64,000 nt of DNA from Eledone cirrhosa (taxonomy: Eukaryota): contig OZ024740.1 in assembly GCA_964016885.1 (NCBI GenBank), forward strand, positions 171,988,001-172,052,000, given 5' to 3'. The position numbers and the translations under genes were made by a program. Position 1 is the first letter of the stretch. Each line of letters starts with the position of its first letter. Positions 41,065-55,300 of this stretch are shown in pieces. Below the pieces are notes generated by a model, which saw nothing but the letters and a program-made list of their open reading frames with translations, did no database searches and was not told the DNA's origin.

Positions 41065-41432
41065 GTCCTCCTCCTCCTCCTCCTCCTCCTCCTGCTCCTC
41101 CTCCTCCTCCTCCTCCTCCTCATCATCATCATCATCCTTTTCTTCTTCTTCTTCTTCTTCTTCTTCTTCTTCTTCTTCTTCTTCTTCTTCTTTATGAGAG
41201 GGTCGTGGGGACAGAGTCCTCAAACACTCCTCCAAGAGATTAGTCATCGCTACCAGATGCACCTCGTGTACATCAGAAGATGTTGCTGTGATCGGGTTTA
41301 GGAGATTAGCAAAGTATTCTCTCCACATCGCGAAGATGCACCTCTCTGAAGACAGAACTACAGACGCGTTCCTGATAGCAGGTACGAAGGAGGACTTCAT
41401 ATTACAAAGTCGGCGGATGATCTTCCAGAACA
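41065..41432 (-). mobile_element. RTE-like LINE fragment joined to a 3' end and (GAA/GAG)n tail
   Basis: FWKIIRRL...WREYFANLLN linker; end motif GAGAGGGT-GTGG...AGTCCTCAAACACTCC also at ~45850. Confidence 0.55.
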
Positions 41433-42149
41433 TTTAAATGCAGCTCGGTATTTGTCCCCTTTCTCTGCGCTCTGAGTTTAAATCCCACCGTGTCTACTTT
41501 GCCTTTTAACCTTTCGTAGTCGATGAATAAAGTACCAATCTATAGCGGCGAATTAATGGAATCGTTTGACTGTTGGATGCGATGCGTTGTGGTATCTCTT
41601 TCGACCCTTGCTTTCTGAGTTTGCCTGCGACATTACTGGTGCCAGGCTGTATTGGCCTTTGTGGTAACGCATAAAGGGGAGACTGCAACAAAATCTTGCA
41701 CAGGGCTGCGCATTGTAAAGCTACTTTACAGGTGCAAACACATGATTGAAAGGGGATTTTAAAATATGGTATGTACAGGTTGTCAAATAACAGAACAGCC
41801 TAGATGAATTTAAACGTGAAGTAAACATGCCTATGTTAAGTTGCACATTTCTACCCCTTCTATTCTGGCCCCCACATCAATGATATCGATAAACGTGGTT
41901 TGACTTCAACTGGTTTTCGATACTAACTGGAGCCAGCAGTTATACCAAGGAGATATCAAAATACCAGGACGGCATTATTTAATCTAAGATGCGACATTAC
42001 AGGTGAAATCGGCGTACAACCTAGGCTTCGTTAACAAAGTTTCTAGATTGGGCTGCAGATAGCGGATTACGCTACTTTTCAAAAATGTAGGCTACATTGT
42101 TTAATACTTTATACTTGGAGCTTTTAATTTTGTTGCTGCGGATCCACCG

Positions 42150-42790
42150 TAGTCTCTTTTGGCCTCCACCCGCTGTCCTGTCGTTACCTGCCGACCTTCC
42201 ACGCCATGCTGCTCTTAACGAGGTCATAAAGCATGGATTGGATGCTGCTGGTTTTCTCTCCCAGTTCGAGCCAGTGGGACTGGGCCGAGGGGACGGCAAA
42301 AAGCCAGACGGCATGACCATCTTCCCGTTCCGCGGTGGTAAACCCCTCATCTGGGATGTCACATACAGCGACACATTCTCCAGCGGCAACCTGGTGCAGT
42401 CTGCAACTAATCCAGGCTCCACTGCATTTCGGGCCGAGGGGGAAAACTGTCCAAATATCGGTCGCTCTCCGACAGGTTTGCGGTCAAGTCCCTAGCAGTG
42501 GAAACTTCTGGTGTCCTTTGCCCCAGGAGCACCTCCCTACTCACCACCATCGGCACAGAGTTGGCTACCCGCAGGTGTGAACCTCACGAACTTGAAGGGC
42601 TTTTCCAGTGCGTGTCCGTCACCATCCTCCGGGTAAACGCCTTCTCTATTCTATCCGTCGGGGCCGCAGGGCGGCCAGCGCGTGGACTCCTATTTGCTCA
42701 TAATAGTGAGAGATGGGGAGAGCGGGAGAGACGGAGGCAATGGGAGTTTGGTTCGGTTCCATTGTGTTCGGACCTGGTGTATATGTATAT
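42150..42790 (+). mobile_element. CRE-clade non-LTR retrotransposon, RLE domain and 3' end (frameshifted)
   Basis: RHAALNEVI...EPVGL-RGDGKKPDGMT-FPF-GGKPLIWDVT-SDT...VETSG...LFQC-SV-ILR-NA. Confidence 0.85.
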
Positions 42791-42856
42791 ATTTATTCAA
42801 CACACCACATTAACTCACTGAATATCTTAACTATAAGTTCTATTAACTTGGCACAA

Positions 42857-42889
<33 letters not shown>

Positions 42890-43668
42890 AAGGGAACAAG
42901 GCTCTTGTTGTAAGCCCGGAAGTTAGCATGTAAGACGAGAAAGCCATAGACTGTGGAACTGGATTGAAAAGTAAAAAGAAAGGAGGGAGAGGTTAAAAGG
43001 TTGACATCTGTAGGTTATGTTTGTCTATCTATCTATCTATCTATCTATCTATATAGTAGACATTTATTAGCTAAAATGTCTATGACTGCCATCTACACAG
43101 ACTCTGCCTATTCAAGCAGAGTCTTTGGTCTATTATCTAATCTCGCCCCACAGGGTATGGAAAACAGTGGGTATCTTTAGTTCATCGTTTAGGGAAAGTA
43201 AATAGGAAAATAAATAATTAAATAAATATGTAAGTGGGTGACTTATTTATTTAAGTGCAAATGAGTATTTAGAGTTCTCCGTGGAATATACAGTACCGCG
43301 TAGGAGGGGCTACTGATAAGGTGGTTGTTGATATGCGGGTATTTTTTTTAATGATAAATGTAACACGAACAAGCAAGCGTGCAAACACACACACACCACA
43401 TATACTTACTGGCCCCCATATCACTCACACATTCGCAAGCGCTATACTGACACAATTACACATACACATACATACTTTCATACTCAGGAACACATCTACA
43501 TACACATATACACGCATACACATACATAGAAATTCTTTTACACTCATGCTTGCTCGTGTCCATATGTATGCATGTTAGACACACACTGAAAGCTGTTTAT
43601 AGAATTTAAATATAAATTTAATTCCAAAGAGAAGAAACTGGAAAACTTTCCTCTGAGAATTCCTTAAA

Positions 43669-43705
43669 CTCTGAAGAAGGGAATTTTAAGTCCCGAAATA
43701 TTAGG
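43669..43705 (+). ncRNA. Penelope-type hammerhead-like motif
   Basis: CUGAAGAA-GGGA...UCCC-GAAAUAUUA. Confidence 0.45.
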
Positions 43706-44629
43706 ACGAAAGAAACAACGGCAACAAAAACAAAGGTTCCCAGGTAACTAAATTTTTCGTTACCTTCATCTTACCGTCCATTTTGCATTTAGCCTTATAT
43801 AACTTTTCACATTATATATTATATACAATGCTTCAAGCAAACTACAACTTTTTATTATATATCAGATAGGGTGTGGTAAAAACCAGATAGACCATAATCC
43901 ACCAGAGTACTCGATACTTGGAGTAGTAGAGTGGGTAATATGGCGCTTTAGTTGGGATCTAGCTGTCGAAACGGCCGGAGCTCAGCCGTCGGGGTCCTGA
44001 ATCTTTTCATATATATAACAGTGAAAAGCTAGTAACCGTTGAAACGGTGTGAACTCACCCGTCTGGCACAAACACTTTAGTATACATAAACTGTACTTTC
44101 CCAAGTATCGAGTACTTAGCTGAACACGGTCTTACTAGTCTAAACTGGTAATTCCCAATCTCCCCCCCCCCCTCTATAAAAAAGACGACATGTGACCGCA
44201 ACATTGTTTTCAAGATGGCATGTTTGTATTTTGTCATACCTGATGAAATGCTGCTTTCTTTGACATCATTAAAGCCGTTTGATTATGTCTGTAATGAGAA
44301 TTCAACTAGGTTCTTTCGTTGTAGCCTATATACATCTCTCATATCTTGGATTAGAACATCCTTAACAAACTTCTCCATTATAGCATATGTCGATGAGGCT
44401 TTCATTCTATCGACTTTGGGGTATCTTGGGGTTCGTCTTATGTCATCTACACACTTTCTTCTGTATATTAATTTCATCTAATTTGTAGAACTAGTAACCA
44501 TGTGCACTCCAACACATCTGCACAATGATACAATTGCAATGTGTATTATTCACAGTGCATCCTTCTTAAATCAGAGCAACACATAACTAAAGACTTCTTT
44601 ACAAAGCTCAAGTAAAATATCACTAGAGT

Positions 44630-44965
44630 GAAGTCGTGGCTTAGTGGTTATGGTGTTCAGCTCAATATCGTAAGGTCGTTAGTTTGATTCTCAGCCGTGT
44701 TGTGAAAAAAAAAAATAGTTGTACCTGTAACTAGTCTCCAGTCACGCTGATTCTCCTTGAAAGTACGTCAATAATACACTTATCTGTGGAATGCTCAGCC
44801 ACTTGCACATTAATTTCACGAGCAGACAGTTTTGTTGATCAAATCAACTTGAACGCACAGTCAAAACCGAGAGAGATCAAATACACTCAACGTGCACGGT
44901 AATTGCATGAGCAGGCTGCTCAATTGAATCAACTGGAATAGTCATCGTCGTAACCCACGGAGGTC
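44630..44965 (+). repeat. tRNA-derived SINE of a third family (related copy ~47030-47250)
   Basis: GTGGCTTAGTGGTTA A-box; shared GTTGTACCTGTAA...CTGTGGAATG-TCAG. Confidence 0.55.
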
Positions 44966-47900
44966 CAGCGCGGCCAGACAATTACTGCACAATGACAAAG
45001 TCACAATGGATATCATTCACATAGCGTCCTTCTTGGTTAAGAGCAACACACAACTAAAAGCCTCTTTACAAATGTCAAGCAGTGCAGTTACTAAGATACA
45101 CAAACATCCTAGACCAGTGATTCAAACTAAAATTTGGTGATTGTTTGCGAGTTCCATAGGACCTAAGAAGTAGATTTTTTTCTTTTTCTTGATTTTTTTA
45201 CATAAGACGATTTGAAATTTAAATCAGTTATAAGTAAACATCCATGTATCTTATAAATGCATGATAAATTTCTTGGTTTAAAATATTGATATTCTATTGC
45301 ATAATAAATTTAAAAAATTAACTTATATGTGGTTGCCTATGAAGTTTTCCTCATGAATTTTATGGAATTCCTTGTGAAAAAAGGTTTTGCATCTCAGCAA
45401 TTATCTTCATCATTGTAAACCATGATTTTACAAAAGTTGTAAATTGGCACTTTCGTCAGGACATCAGATAGAAAGCTTTGTAGTATTTATTCTGACTGTG
45501 AGCTCAGATACCAAATTCTGCCAAGGCCAACTTTTCCTTTCATCCTTCAGAGTAAATAAAATATCAGCCTAGCATTGGTGTTGGTTCTCTCTCTCTTTCT
45601 GGAAAAAAGGAGCTGTGGTCTAACCTAGAAAGAGATGGTGGATCCCATGTTTTAAAATGGCCAATACATTTGTATCATATATCAGTGTTTCCCAAAATGG
45701 ATTATGTGAGATAAAGTTGGGTTTTGATAAAAATTTATTGTTTTTGTATATGAATAAATTCTTTGGCTTAAATAATTTTTGTTTCATTTAATGTCGAATT
45801 AAAATAAGGATGGTGAATATTCTTTTTCTTCTTTGCCCACTTATTTCTGAGAGGGTTGTGGAGGCAAAGTCCTCAAACACTCCTTCCAGCAGGTCCTGTC
45901 AGAAGCAAGTCTCCAATTGGATACCCAAGCATGACCAGCCAAGCTCATAGATGTTATACAACCACCTTGCTCGGGGTCTACCCCTGGGTCGCCTGCTGGT
46001 TGATTTTGTCCGTAAAATCTATCCTTTGCAAAATCTAGTTATGGGTTCAATAGTTTTTGGAAGCATTTATAAGGATTTTGCTACAAAATAAGTTTAGGAA
46101 CCACTGATATAAGACATTACTAAAAAGTATTTTTAAAGCATTTTGATTTTAATTGGAGAAAGGACAAAAACAAAAATAAAGACAAAATAAATTTTGCTAT
46201 TTATTTATATATTTATTCTTTAGAGAATTTTTTTGTCTACAATAATTTTGATTGTGTTCTTGGATTGTTTTTATACAATGATATATGTACAAAAATATGA
46301 TATAATAATTTTTCCCATCTTCTACTGATTTTTCTCTATAAATCCATTATTTATATAACTTATCCATTTGAAATGATAGGGAAAAGTATTTGACATCACA
46401 TGGTACAAAATATGGAAATATATAAAATAGAATGGTATTTTTTGTATAAAATTGAATTCCACAAAAATTTTCAAATTTTCTTTTCTTTAAAATATTTATT
46501 TTAACTTTTCAATTTATATATATATATATATCTTTTTTTTTTTCTTCTTTTCTCACAGTTGTCATTTCCAGCATGTTGAATGTTTTAGCCGAGATCATGT
46601 ATTAGGAAGATAATTAAATGATGTGCATGCAGAGGAGTAGAATAGTGTATATATATATATATATATATATAAGTGTGTGAATATGTATAGTAGCTGTGTG
46701 TTAAATATATTCTTATATATATATAACAATCTGCATATATTCTGTAGAGATTTTTGCACACACACACATATGCATACATGAATAAATGCAGATGCATATA
46801 TACGAAAGTATGTGTGTCCAATAGGGTAACTAATTACAACTCAAACAAAAGCTGCATAAGAAACAATTAAAATCAGTAGAGATATCACAATTGTTGGGAC
46901 AATCACAGCTCCAGAATATAGTAATTTATAATAGTAGCATGATGTACTATCAGAATATTATTAAATTTAAAATATAAATTAAAAAAGATATTTAAAAAAA
47001 AAAAAATCCAACATTTCTCATAATGTTGTGAAGGTGCGTGGCTTAGTTGTTAAAGTGTTTCAATTCCCAGTGACATGTTATGTTCAGGAAGAAAACGTGA
47101 GTTGTACCTGTAATTCCAAAGGCCATGTGAGTCTCCCTGAGAACTACGTTAAAGGTACACGTGTCTGTGGAATGTTCAGTCACATGATAATTTCATGAAC
47201 AGGCTGATCTGTTGATCAAACCCTGGAAACACTCCAGAAATAATAGAGGTCCAACACACACACACACACATCCAGCATAATTGATAAATTTGATCTGAGC
47301 AATATAAATATAGATTGTTATAAATATCTGGAAATTAGCTTTTTAAGTTGTGAAATTATGAATCAGTTGCCTGTGTGATCACCCCAAACAAATTAACAAT
47401 TTTTAATTTAATTGTTCAAAATATTTACGCATTTGTGTGTATATATATATATACACACACACACATTTCTACTGCAATTACAACAAAAAATTACCTACAA
47501 CTGGCATGAACGATCCAACACGGACAACATTTATTTAAAAAAATAATAAAAGTTACTCTTTTTTTCATCTTTGTTTTTTTTCTTCTTATTTTTTAAATAA
47601 TTTTGAATTTTTTTTTAAAATTCAGTTCCAGATAATTATTTTATCATGAAAATATTTAAAAAAAAACATTAACCAATATTTGTTTTCCTGACACATGTAC
47701 AATTTTGTAAGAAAATAAACATTACACATACATATGTATATATAAAAATAAATGCATATAAATACACTCACCCAGAAAACACACATAGACATTCAAATTC
47801 ATGCAAGCAGACACAGAGATTCACACACTCATAAAAACATAGTCATGTGTACATAATTGTCAGTTCAGATTTTCAGATTTAACAGAAAAAACATGTGGTT

Positions 47901-48754
47901 ATCTTTGATACGATATGTACTCAATAAAGTGTGCATATTATATCTGAAAACAGGAGTTACTGCCATTCGATGCAACATTTGCTTAACAAAAGGCACATAT
48001 TGTTGCAAAAATAGTTGTTATGTTTTAGAGAGAAGGGGCAGTTTTCTCTCTCTTTTATCTCAAATAACATACAAAAATCAAGTGTGCAATTTTCTAGCAA
48101 ATATAGAAAATAGCTACAAAATATATTGCTGTCAGATATATAAAAAAAAAAGATTGCTTAATCTGCAGAAGTATAATAGTAATGTTTATCACAAGTCCAG
48201 TGTTGTTTCAAATTTTACATATGAACTTTCTGAACATAAATACAATTATACAATGATACTCTGCATGCTATATTTATTTTGCTTCTGTAAACAACCTTTC
48301 AGTTATCTGAAGTAGTAAATATTGTTTGATTTGTTTTTCAATAATTTTTTTTTTTTTAAATCAGTTAACATAAACTCACTTAAGAGGAGGATTTATGGCA
48401 GTGTTTCTCCACAGGTTTGAACTTACAACATTGATAAAATATTATTGTTCGAAATGTCCAACAAGAGCCTGTTGCTTTCAACTCAATAAGCATATTTCAT
48501 GAATGACTTCTTTGACATCATAAATGAAAGAAGTAGTTTTAATTGAGCCAAGTAAATAGCAGATACTTTACGATTCACATCAAGATATCAGAAAAGTTCT
48601 ACATTCCTTTGATAGATCACATTCATTCAGTTTCCTGGTAGCTAGATTCAATCTCAAGCTCATTGACCCAGTATTTCTAATCAAAGATAAACTGGTAGTA
48701 AAATACAAGTTTCCAAAATTCATTTGCCAAATTCCATTTTCAAGTGTTTGTTAG

Positions 48755-49398
48755 TCAATAATATGTTTGTGTGTTATCTTTATTAAAAAGGTTTGATACA
48801 TCTGAATAAGAAGTATGCTGATTCAGATTGTAACATGGTTGAGACATGTTTGGAATATAGGGTAATTTTGGTTTCTTGTTGGTCTGCAGAGGTGGTGAAT
48901 ATTCTGTTAACTCAGGACCATAGGGAGAAGATGTATTCAATGGTCTTTTACCATTGAAAACAGCACCTGAAGAACTGCTCTGCATTGATGAAGAAGGAGA
49001 AGAGGTAGAAGAAGCCGGTGTTATTGACATAGTGGCATGGAAATTTGGAATATCAAATGATGGAACCATGTTTGTGGATTCATCAACTTCCTTTGCTTTT
49101 GATTGATGGTTTGGCCGACTCGATGATTTCAGCAACTCATCAAAATTAAATTTGTAAGTTGCTTTCTTTCCATGGATTTTATTTACATAGTTTTTATCAT
49201 AGTAATAGCGGATTGCTCGGGAGAGTTTCTCATAAGTCATCTGTTTACGTCGCTTCCGTTCACCCCATCGCTTAGCTAGCTCTTCTTGGTTCAGAATGGT
49301 GAAATGACCTTCATCTCCTTCCCAACGAATGCAATTATTGTTTGTTTTGTCACATAGTAGCTTAATTAGGAATTGCCACAACTGGATATGTCCCGACT
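48755..49398 (-). CDS. ETS gene terminal exon (ETS DNA-binding domain, Ser-rich tail, TGA)
   Basis: aatag|AG TCG GGA: SGHIQLWQFL...IRWEG...RWGERK...MTYEKLSRAIRYYYDKN...YKFNF. Confidence 0.95.
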
Positions 49399-52300
49399 CT
49401 ATTGTTCAAAAGATAAGAAAAAAAGAAACTATGATATAAAATATTCTAAAATGTAAAACACTACAGAATTAAAGAATAAAAAAGAAAAAAAAAACAGATT
49501 TTTGCTTTACAAATAGTGTTAATTTAATATTAAATAAATGTGAGGGCTTGACATGTTAACAGATACAATGAAATGTATTTAATTTTGTTATATCTCATAG
49601 TGACTCATCACAAACTGACCCAAGAACACATTCAGTATCTTATTTCAATGACTAAATTTTCTTTAACACTATTGTTGTTTAGCCCCAGGTTAATCTGGAT
49701 TAAGTAGAACTCAGTAATGACCATCTCATCTTTTTCATGGTATTTAGAACTACCATATATGCTAATATATAAGGTGACTTTTGAAAACTAACTCTCAATT
49801 CTTCTCCAAATTTGAGCTTGTCTTATAATTCAGGTAAAAAATGTAAATGAAACTAAACATCCTGTGGTATTCAGTAACATATTAGCATGAGAGATGGTTA
49901 ACAGCAGTCTAGCTCCTGCCTTAACAACTACTGATACATTTTATATGGTACATTATCTAGTGCTCTCTCTCTTATGTATGTCTGAGGGAGATATGGCTGC
50001 TATTGCAAGCAGAGTGAGTAATCACACTGTTTTTCTCTTTGGCTCAAGATTTTCTTTATTGAATAACTCTTTGTGAACTAAATCTTCAGCATTGTTTTAA
50101 CTTCCACTTTTCTATGTTGACATGGAGTGAATGGGAGTTTTAATGGCATATTACAGCTAGATTCTCTTTGTGATACTAGCTATTTTAATAACTTCATATG
50201 TAAATGCAGGATACTGTCTACCTACTCTAAAAACAGGGATACAGTGTACCTATTCTAAAAGATGAGATATGATGTACCAATTCTAAAAACTGGGATACAG
50301 TTTACCTATTTTAAAAACTGAGGTATAATGCACTTATTCTGAAAACTGGAATATAATGTATCTGTTCAAAAAATAGGATATGTTGTATCTATTCTAAAAA
50401 CCTGGGAAACAGTTTATCTATTCTAACTAGGATATTATTTCATAATAAATAATTAGCAACTATAAGGAAGAAATCATAGCTATCATTTAACATAAATGAC
50501 TACAATTATTTTCTCCCATTCAACTATTCAAAGTAATGTAACAAAATTTTATTTATGGAATATATCATGTAAATACAGAACATTTCTTTACCTGGTATAT
50601 AAGACATGAGTTGATCAAATGTCATGCCGCAGATAATGTCACAACTTTCATCTAGAATGAGAGAAAAGTGATTATGTCAATTAATAAAATGCAGTCAATT
50701 TAAAATATCAATTTCTCTTTAATTGTATTAATGCTTTAAACAATAATTCACAAATATATCATCATACACACACATGTCTATGTATGTATATATATATATG
50801 TGTGTGTATAAATACACACATACACATACATATATATATACATATAAATATATACACACACATATATATATATATATACACACATATATATATACACACA
50901 CATATATATACACACACATATATATATACACGCATATATATATACACACATATATATATACACATATATATATATATATGCACGTACATACATATACATG
51001 CAATGCAATGCATACACACATATATATACATGTGAGTATGAATGTAAATATGTGTATGTATCTAATGATCTAGTAGTTTCATCAAAGGCTTCAAATTAAC
51101 ATAGCTAATATAAAGATTTATTGCTGGCTTTATTATTTACTTATTTATTTATTTTCTCCCCTTTGCTAGTATATGAAGATAGAGGACACAGTCAAACATC
51201 TAATGTGATCCTAACAACTGACTGCACCAGTTACAAGATGGGCGCTGCCAAGTATTTCTAAGGCTATTAAAATGGCACGATGGAGAACACAGTCAAACAT
51301 CTAATGTGATCCTAACAACTGACTGCACCAGTTACAAGATGGGCGCTGCCAAGTATTTCTAAGGCTATTAAAATGGCACGATGGAGAACACAGTCAAACA
51401 TCTAGTGTGATCCCTAACAACTGGTTGCACCAGTTACAACATGGGCGCTGCCAAGTATTTCTAAGGCTATTAAAATGGCACGATAGAGGACACAGTCAAA
51501 CATCTAGTGTGATCCCTAACAACTGGTTGCACCAGTTACAAGATGGGCACTGCCAAGTATTTCTAAGGCTATTAAAATGGCACGATGGAGGACACAGTCA
51601 AACATCTGGTGTGATCCCTAACAACTGGTTGCACCAGTTACAACATGGGCGCTGCCAAGTATTTCTAAGGCTATTAAAATGCCACGATGGAGGACACAGT
51701 CAAACATCTGGTGTGCCCCTAACAACTGACTGCACCAGTTACAAGATGGGCGCTGCCAAGTATTTCTAAGGCTATTAAAATGCCACGATAGAGGACACAG
51801 TCAAACATCTGGTGTGCCCCTAACAACTGACTATAATATAACTGAGTAACAAACTGGCATTCAGAGAGATGGGGCACTTAATCAATGAAGTAACATCCTA
51901 TTAAACTGGTGACTCACATTAAAAAACAAACAGAAAAAAATCGGAAATCAGTTTGCAGTAAGAAATATTTTACAGTGTAACAATTATGTGTGTCCTGTTA
52001 CATCAATATAACGCAAGGATGGTATTATTAGTTGGGTGGGTGGATTTCAAATGACTCAATACAAATTAAGTTTTTAATAGGTTCAATAATAATTACTACA
52101 AGAATTAGTATAATGATCAAGGATGGTACAGGAAGATAAATATTAATGATTCCTTATTTTGGTACACAACCAGCAATTCTAGGGAACGAGAAAATCAATT
52201 ATATGGACCCTAGTAATTAAGTAGCACTTTATTTTATCAAACTCAGAAAGATGAAAGGCAAAGTTGACCTCTGTGGGATTTGAACTCAGAACTTAAAGAG

Positions 52301-55300
52301 CTGGAATAAATACTGAAAATCACTGTATCCAACTCTCTAATGATCCTGCCAATCTGAATAATATGATTATCCATATATATATATATATACATGGACACAC
52401 ACTGACACATATATGTGTGTGTGTGTGTGTGTATATATAAATGTATGTGTGTGTCTATATATAAATTATATATATATATATGTGTGTGTGTCTCAGAAGA
52501 GGGATAGGTATCTTTAACTAGAGGATCCCCATATTTCTAACTCAACTCCCATACTTTTAAAAGGAAGGAGAATAAAATACTTTTCAATTGACTGCCTGTA
52601 TAATATTATTGGTTTATATTTTCTCAGTCCATGGAGGATTTGGAGTTAGAACTTAAATATACCTAACTAAATACCACAATATCCATTATTCAGCCCAAAA
52701 CGTTCATGTTATGTAACTAAATTACAATCCAGATTAAAAAGGGTTGTTATCGCGTAAATTATAGTACTTTAGTAACTTCAGAGTGACGTCCCTTTGTTAT
52801 AACATGACAAACGTCAATTATGAGTCAAACTGTTGCAGCCACGGTTTTATGCTTCTTCCGGTTTTTTTTTTGTATCTTCTCTCTGTATTCTCTTTCATTC
52901 TCATACTCCTTATTAGTAACAACGGTGTTTTTTGTTCCATCTTACTTACACCCACGATGTCAGCATTGAAAGAAATGTGTTTTTATTTATTTTTATTTTT
53001 ATTCTTTGCTTCAACGGCTCTAGTTGTTTGGACAGTTATTTTACTCGGTTCACTGTGTATATGTGTATCAGATAGAAATACTGAAAATGTTTGTGTGACA
53101 CAGTAATGTAAATAATTTAGTATGTGTACAACTTTATGTGTGTGCGTGAGTGCTTGTTTATACGCTTCTAAGCGTGTATGAGTGTTTATATATTTACATG
53201 TGTGGACATGGATGGTTTTAGTGCTGTTGCTGTTTAGGTCTTCCTTATATAGTAGACCTATGACCATCCCGTTTTTTTTTTATGTCAGTATAACTGGCGT
53301 ACAAAAGGTTTGCAGTGACCGCGGTGGATGGGAGTGTGTTGTAAAGACAATTTCTGCACCATACTATTGAAATGATTTAATTATTTGTTCTGTGACTCAT
53401 TACCCCACTTAATGATAATAACACGAAGAATTAATTACCACCATACACAGGCCTAAATACAGAGTCACAATATAACATCCCACAATATCACAACCTTAAA
53501 TCTGGAAATATGGGGAAATCTTGCGCCTCTTCAGACACCCGCGCCTAGGAGGCTTACCCTCACCTCGATGACTGCATTGTCCAATGTATCTAGACTTCAA
53601 GATGATTGGGTGTGATTTGGCTGCTATTTCTAGCTTGTCTCGCGAGTGAAAAGAGTTAGTTGGAGGACAATATAAATATTTCCATACACGCAATCTGTAG
53701 CTATGTATCTGGGTGATAGAATCTCAGACTATAAACTTGGAAAAACCTAAGTTATGATACAATTATTTGATAATTACACAGACTGTTAATAAATATTAAA
53801 GAGATAAACATATATTAGATAAGAGCATTGTTCATAGATATTTGACGTTCATTGATTGAGTAGCTACATATCTGTACTTAGAAACACCTAAATATTGATA
53901 GGTCAGTGGATTTGAGCTGGATACCCAGACATGATTGAGTGGTGAAAAAGTTTGCTTCACAATTATGAGGTACTGAGTTCAATCCCATTGCCTGACATCT
54001 GGGGCAAGTTTCTTTAATATAACTTAGGGTCAACCCAAACCATGTGAGTGAAATTTGGGCGATATAAACTATAAAGAAGCTCTACTAGAAATAGTAGCTA
54101 AATTCCCCTTAAACCAAGCCAAACCAACTTAAATTCCCTTTAAACCAAGCCAAACCAATTTAAGAAATGGAAGTTCACATTAGATAATATAGTCCTGAAA
54201 ATAAACAGGATGGCCATGCTTGATATGTTTTGAAGAGAGCTGGCCTGGGGCTAAACTAACAATGTAGTAGCTGCATTCTGAGCTGTTTTTTCTTGGAATG
54301 ATGATATCATCATGATAAATATACTTGTTTCTACTTTTGGCACAAGGCCAGCAATTACTCAGTGTATTACTGGTACTTTATTTTATCGACCCCGTAAGGA
54401 TGAAAAGTAAAGTTAACCTCGACGGTATTTGAACTCAGAATGGCAAGGGCCGTAACTCTATGCGTCAAAGCATGGCGTCCGACCCTCTACCGATACTGCC
54501 AATCCACCGCCAATCATCATGATAAATATAATTGTTTCTACTTTTGGCACAAGGCCAGCAATTATCCCAGTGCATTACTGGTACTTTATTTTATCGACTC
54601 CGTAAGGATGAAAGGCAAAGTCAACCTCGGCGGGATTTGAACTCAGATAAATATAATGACTATATGGAAGATTGGTTGAACTTACCAGGAATTTTCTTAC
54701 ATGGTCTTTGTTTTTTATTTATTGTGTTGTTGGTTTGGTTGTAGTTGTTGTTATTGCTGTTGCTGCTAATTATGTTGTTATTGGTATGGTTGTTGGTATT
54801 GCTTCCACTGCTGTTGTCATAGGAAGGCGATGGAGTACATCTTGATGGACTAGCTGTAAAAGTAACAACATATATATATGATTAAAATGTACTTTCAGTA
54901 TATTTCTTTCTTATTTTTATCATGGATTCCTTTATCAAGATTTTCATAATTAGTTTTAAACAACTACAGTGTTTGTGTGTGCATGCATCTACACATGTAT
55001 GTGTGTTTGCTCATGTTTAATTATATGAATAAACAAGCTGTTTACATCTCTCTCAGTTACTTATAGAGTCCTAACACAGGATTGAAACAAACTGGGCTGA
55101 TCCCACTTTATGTCCACAAAGAGGATATTGTATACAACAACAAGGTGTTAACATCCGTTTATACACGGACAGCATAAATAAAAATCTATAGATATGTTCT
55201 GTAGTGCAGTATAACAATGCACCTGTAATTTATTCTATCAAATTAGAAATTTTAGACTCTCATCTGGTAAGGAGAAGTAAACAGTATGTGAGGATGTGTA

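Noticed and set aside
40954-41433. Acidic poly-Glu protein
   Set aside because: A trinucleotide repeat tail fused to a LINE fragment
44055-44481. Short ORFs as exons of a gene
   Set aside because: No recognisable motif or convincing splice-site pair
47857-48315. 152 aa plus-strand ORF
   Set aside because: Non-ATG start, AT-rich, no motif; antisense to the probable ETS 3' UTR
48755-49398. Assigning a gene symbol (ERG/FEV/ETS1/GABPA)
   Set aside because: Domain too divergent to assign by eye, and no PNT domain seen in the window
51178-51832. CRISPR-like array or coding repeat (120 aa ORF)
   Set aside because: Whole units repeat with no unique spacers, no cas genes, eukaryotic intron; the ORF arises from the 102-bp units
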